Positions 61,402-64,000 of a stretch of 64,000 bases of DNA are shown here, piece by piece. Source of the stretch: Syntrophales bacterium (GTDB lineage: Bacteria; Desulfobacterota; Syntrophia; Syntrophales; UBA2210); contig CAXXKT010000001.1 of the NCBI GenBank assembly GCA_963662405.2, positions 1,056,001 through 1,120,000 of the forward strand, in the 5' to 3' direction. Position 1 is the first letter of the stretch. Every line of letters starts with the position of its first letter. The translations under genes were made by a program, and so were the position numbers. The notes beneath the pieces were generated by a model. It searched no databases. It had not been told where the DNA came from and saw only the letters and a list, made by a program, of their open reading frames with translations.

Positions 61402-62081
61402 TATTCGTCCTTCCCGGAATGTGAGTTGACGAACGCTTCGATTACATTGATGAACGTCTCCTCAGATCCCACATACGGTTGCATATCGGGAGCAAAACCA
61501 AAATAAAGTGCCTTAATCCCACCACCTTCTATAAGAAACTCACAGAGGTGCTTATCGAATGTGCCGGAGCCCAGAGGCCTGTATTGATCGGTTCCTGCAA
61601 CATGTGCAAGCAACACAATTACTCTGGAACCTTGCTGGTATCTTCCGTGGTATCTTCTCGGCCCAACTGTCACGCCGATGATTGGTGTTGCTGATTTCCC
61701 TTTGTCGCTCGGCCCGGAATCAACCAAGGAAGAATGAAAAGTCGGATAGGTTTCTTGAATTGTCAACACCTTACCAAAAGCGTCTCCCTTTAATAACTTT
61801 TTTATCCTCAGGGACGCAGCTATTGAAGTACTTCTTTCCTTCCCGTCGATAATTTCGGTTTCCTTCACATGCAGTATCTCTCCTGCAATAATGATGTCAG
61901 CTTCTGAAACAAGCTCTCTCAATTGCACGAGATCCAGCGGTGCCGGAGGAGGTTGCATCGCATACCCCGGCTGAGCAATATACAGGATCAGGCAGGCTGA
62001 TACTGCCACCCTTGCCCATGTCGTCGTTCTGTTGTGTGTAGATTCACAGAATAAATTCGGGGACATCATAGCTATTTCCAT
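61401..62081 (-). CDS. Hypothetical exported protein
   Basis: 226-aa ORF with a signal-like segment and LRELVSEADIIIAGEI; its stop overlaps the downstream ATG. Confidence 0.6.
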   Translation of the reverse strand: MEIAMMSPNLFCESTHNRTTTWARVAVSACLILYIAQPGYAMQPPPAPLDLVQLRELVSEADIIIAGEILHVKETEIIDGKERSTSIAASLRIKKLLKGDAFGKVLTIQETYPTFHSSLVDSGPSDKGKSATPIIGVTVGPRRYHGRYQQGSRVIVLLAHVAGTDQYRPLGSGTFDKHLCEFLIEGGGIKALYFGFAPDMQPYVGSEETFINVIEAFVNSHSGKDE

Positions 62082-62314
62082 TCAATCAGGGTGAATTGCC
62101 GTGGCGCTATCTATAAACAGTCAAACCCTTATTCCTCCTTTAATCCAGGTTCACTACAAAAGACAACGGCCTCATCTCTCTTTTGAGAAACGAAGCTTTG
62201 ATGATCAGATCATCATACCCCTTGGCTACAGCCGTTCACAAGCAGAACAAAAGTTAAGATCAAAACATTTCTTCAGCTAACTCTTCAACAGGCAATCGAA
62301 AGCCTGCTTTTTCC

Positions 62315-63212
62315 CTATGTCATATTTTTGAAGAAAAGTCGATCCCGGATACCGGCAGGGTAACGGAGGCGGCATGCGCCACGGATTCCTTTACGGCGCG
62401 GTGAATGATGGATAATTCGGGGGGGCTGGATGACCTCTCTCAATTCAAAGTTATCGCTGGGATCAAATATTGATCTCTTTTTAACGTAACGCCACTCCAT
62501 CATGAACTTGTCCATAAGATAGAGCGGACCTATGCAGAAATCCTGGTTCATCACCTTAAGGTAAACGCGGAGTTTCACCTCTTGAATATTTTCGGTATGC
62601 GCACCGCCGAGGGCATACCCCATCGGTCCATTAAATGAATAGTCCTGCCGCCTGAAACTTCGATTTCGTAAACGATGGATGGATCAAGGAAACTGTTGAA
62701 GAAGGAATCTGCATCAGATTGATCCATGATGAAACCGGCAAGCGTTCCTGCTCCGTCTGCGAGTCCATCAAGACCAAAAATAAAAGGATCCTCCACACCG
62801 AACAGTTCACTGCTGATACTGACGTAGCACCAGTTGTGACCGCTGAGATTCAGGAAAACGCTGGAAAAAATCGGCGGCCGTCCCGTCAGTAGAGTAAAAT
62901 ATGCTCCCGGCGAAATCGAAGACGCCGAAAGCGGTGGTTGTCTTGTAGCCATCCGTCCAGTAGGTACCCGGAACCTCGTCGACCCTGTTCCAGGCGGATG
63001 TGGTCCAGTTGCCAAGTGAATCATCCGCTTCGGTAATCTCTGGCAGGTTAAAGGTACCCACGTCTTGTGTCGGAGAGTTCACCGTGATCTGGCCACCAAC
63101 CGGGGCGTAACCGTCTTTTGAGCAGACGATGCGGTACGATGATCCGCCGGGTAGTACGTAGGGAAAATAATAGGGACAACTCCCATTTACTCGAATTGAT
63201 CGTCCTGCCGGC
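62315..63212 (-). pseudogene. 5'-truncated, doubly frameshifted gene of unknown function
   Basis: Three overlapping ORFs in successive frames (62807-63250, 62575-63024, 62315-62623) with protein-like content that switches near an A6 run (62865-62870) and near 62625; the 5' end is cut by the repeat boundary. Confidence 0.5.
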
Positions 63213-63473
63213 GCGGCGTTCAAAATACTGAAAAGCTCCGAGACGGACATTTTTTATCTGATATAAAAAAGGGATGCCGAACCGAAAAATCGGCCGGCAT
63301 CCCCGCTATCCTTGAACGTCCGACGGATTCTTTTAACCGATATAGGTCTCCTGCTCTTTGCGCATGTGAGCGAGCCATCTTTCATGGTGATTGGCCCGTG
63401 CCTTGAAATATTCCAGAATTTCCGGATGGGGCAGAATAAAGAACTCCTCTTTTTCCAGCGCGTCCACCACATA
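63213..63473. repeat. 261-bp direct repeat, copy 2 (native SDR 3' end plus terminator)
   Basis: Matches 58382-58642. Confidence 0.95.
63265..63304 (-). terminator. Intrinsic terminator of the SDR gene (duplicated at 58434-58473)
   Basis: Reverse strand GGGGATGCCGGCCGATTTTTCGGTTCGGCATCCC followed by T6. Confidence 0.8.
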
Positions 63474-64000
63474 GTCGGCGCACTGCTCAGGCGTAATGGC
63501 CGTCTTTAAGATGACTTGTCCCACACCGTCCGCGTCTTCCGGGAGCATGCCGGAGATGACGCCGAAGGGACAGAGACAACTGACCTTGATCCCCTGGCGC
63601 GCATGGGTGATCGACAACCATTCCGCAAAGGCGACGGCGGCGTGCTTGGAGACCGCATACGGTGCCTGTCCCAGCGTCGTGAGCAATCCGCCGGCCGAAC
63701 CCGTCTGGAGCAGGTATCCGCTCTTGCGCTCGATCATCGATGGCAACACGGCGCGGGCCGCATAGACATGGGCCATGACGTGGACATCCCAACAGCGCTG
63801 CCATACCTCATTCGGTGCTTCCGCGCCGCCCTCTGAGGGGATGCCGGCATTGGAACAGAACAGATCGATCGGTCCGTACTGCCGAGAGGTCATTTCCACC
63901 AGTCTTTGAATATCCTCTTCCTTGCCGACATCGGCCGTCACGGCAAGGCCGCCGATGTCCGCGGCCACCTTTGCCGCCTCTTCCCCGTTATAATCGGAAA
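63333..64000 (-). CDS. Short-chain dehydrogenase/reductase (5' end beyond the window)
   Basis: ADV, IDLFCSNAGI, TGSAGG, YAVSKHA (YxxxK), GIKVSCLCP. Confidence 0.92.
   Translation of the reverse strand, partial: SDYNGEEAAKVAADIGGLAVTADVGKEEDIQRLVEMTSRQYGPIDLFCSNAGIPSEGGAEAPNEVWQRCWDVHVMAHVYAARAVLPSMIERKSGYLLQTGSAGGLLTTLGQAPYAVSKHAAVAFAEWLSITHARQGIKVSCLCPFGVISGMLPEDADGVGQVILKTAITPEQCADYVVDALEKEEFFILPHPEILEYFKARANHHERWLAHMRKEQETYIG

Noticed and set aside
1..64000. CRISPR array, rRNA, integron attC array or prophage
   Set aside because: No regularly spaced repeats, rRNA signatures, integrase or phage structural genes were seen by eye.

Overview
A moderately GC-rich bacterial chromosome segment. 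Gene content (split GlmU, tandem CNNM/CBS genes, ADP-forming acyl-CoA ligase subunits, multiheme cytochromes) suggests an anaerobic Desulfobacterota/Syntrophales-like organism; this is inference only. 1-24 kb is mostly housekeeping: 5' end of uvrB, ppsA, RNase P RNA, rnhA, tRNA(CAT), radA, serC-serA-purA-rsfS-comF-rfaE2-dksA-priA, an acyl-CoA synthetase and malic enzyme. 25-48 kb is accessory metabolism: a frameshifted 4-hydroxybutyryl-CoA dehydratase-family gene plus a collapsed paralog, a cytochrome operon, acyl-CoA ligases and dehydrogenase, an amino-acid ABC transporter and hydrolases. 48-63 kb is a defence/island region: a type I R-M locus with RhuM, Schlafen/AlbA and YgjP genes, then an IS3 remnant and cargo bracketed by a 261-bp direct repeat. 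The main discovery is at 27.5-32.2 kb. Two ORFs that the track splits at a TGA are in frame and read through as one 674-aa exported protein with eight CxxCH motifs, and a SECIS-like hairpin follows the TGA. This is a candidate selenocysteine-containing octaheme cytochrome c. It is co-transcribed with an exported tandem rhodanese and a nine-heme c / cytochrome b (CbcL-like) membrane protein, which together form a putative Sec-dependent periplasmic sulfur/selenium redox module.
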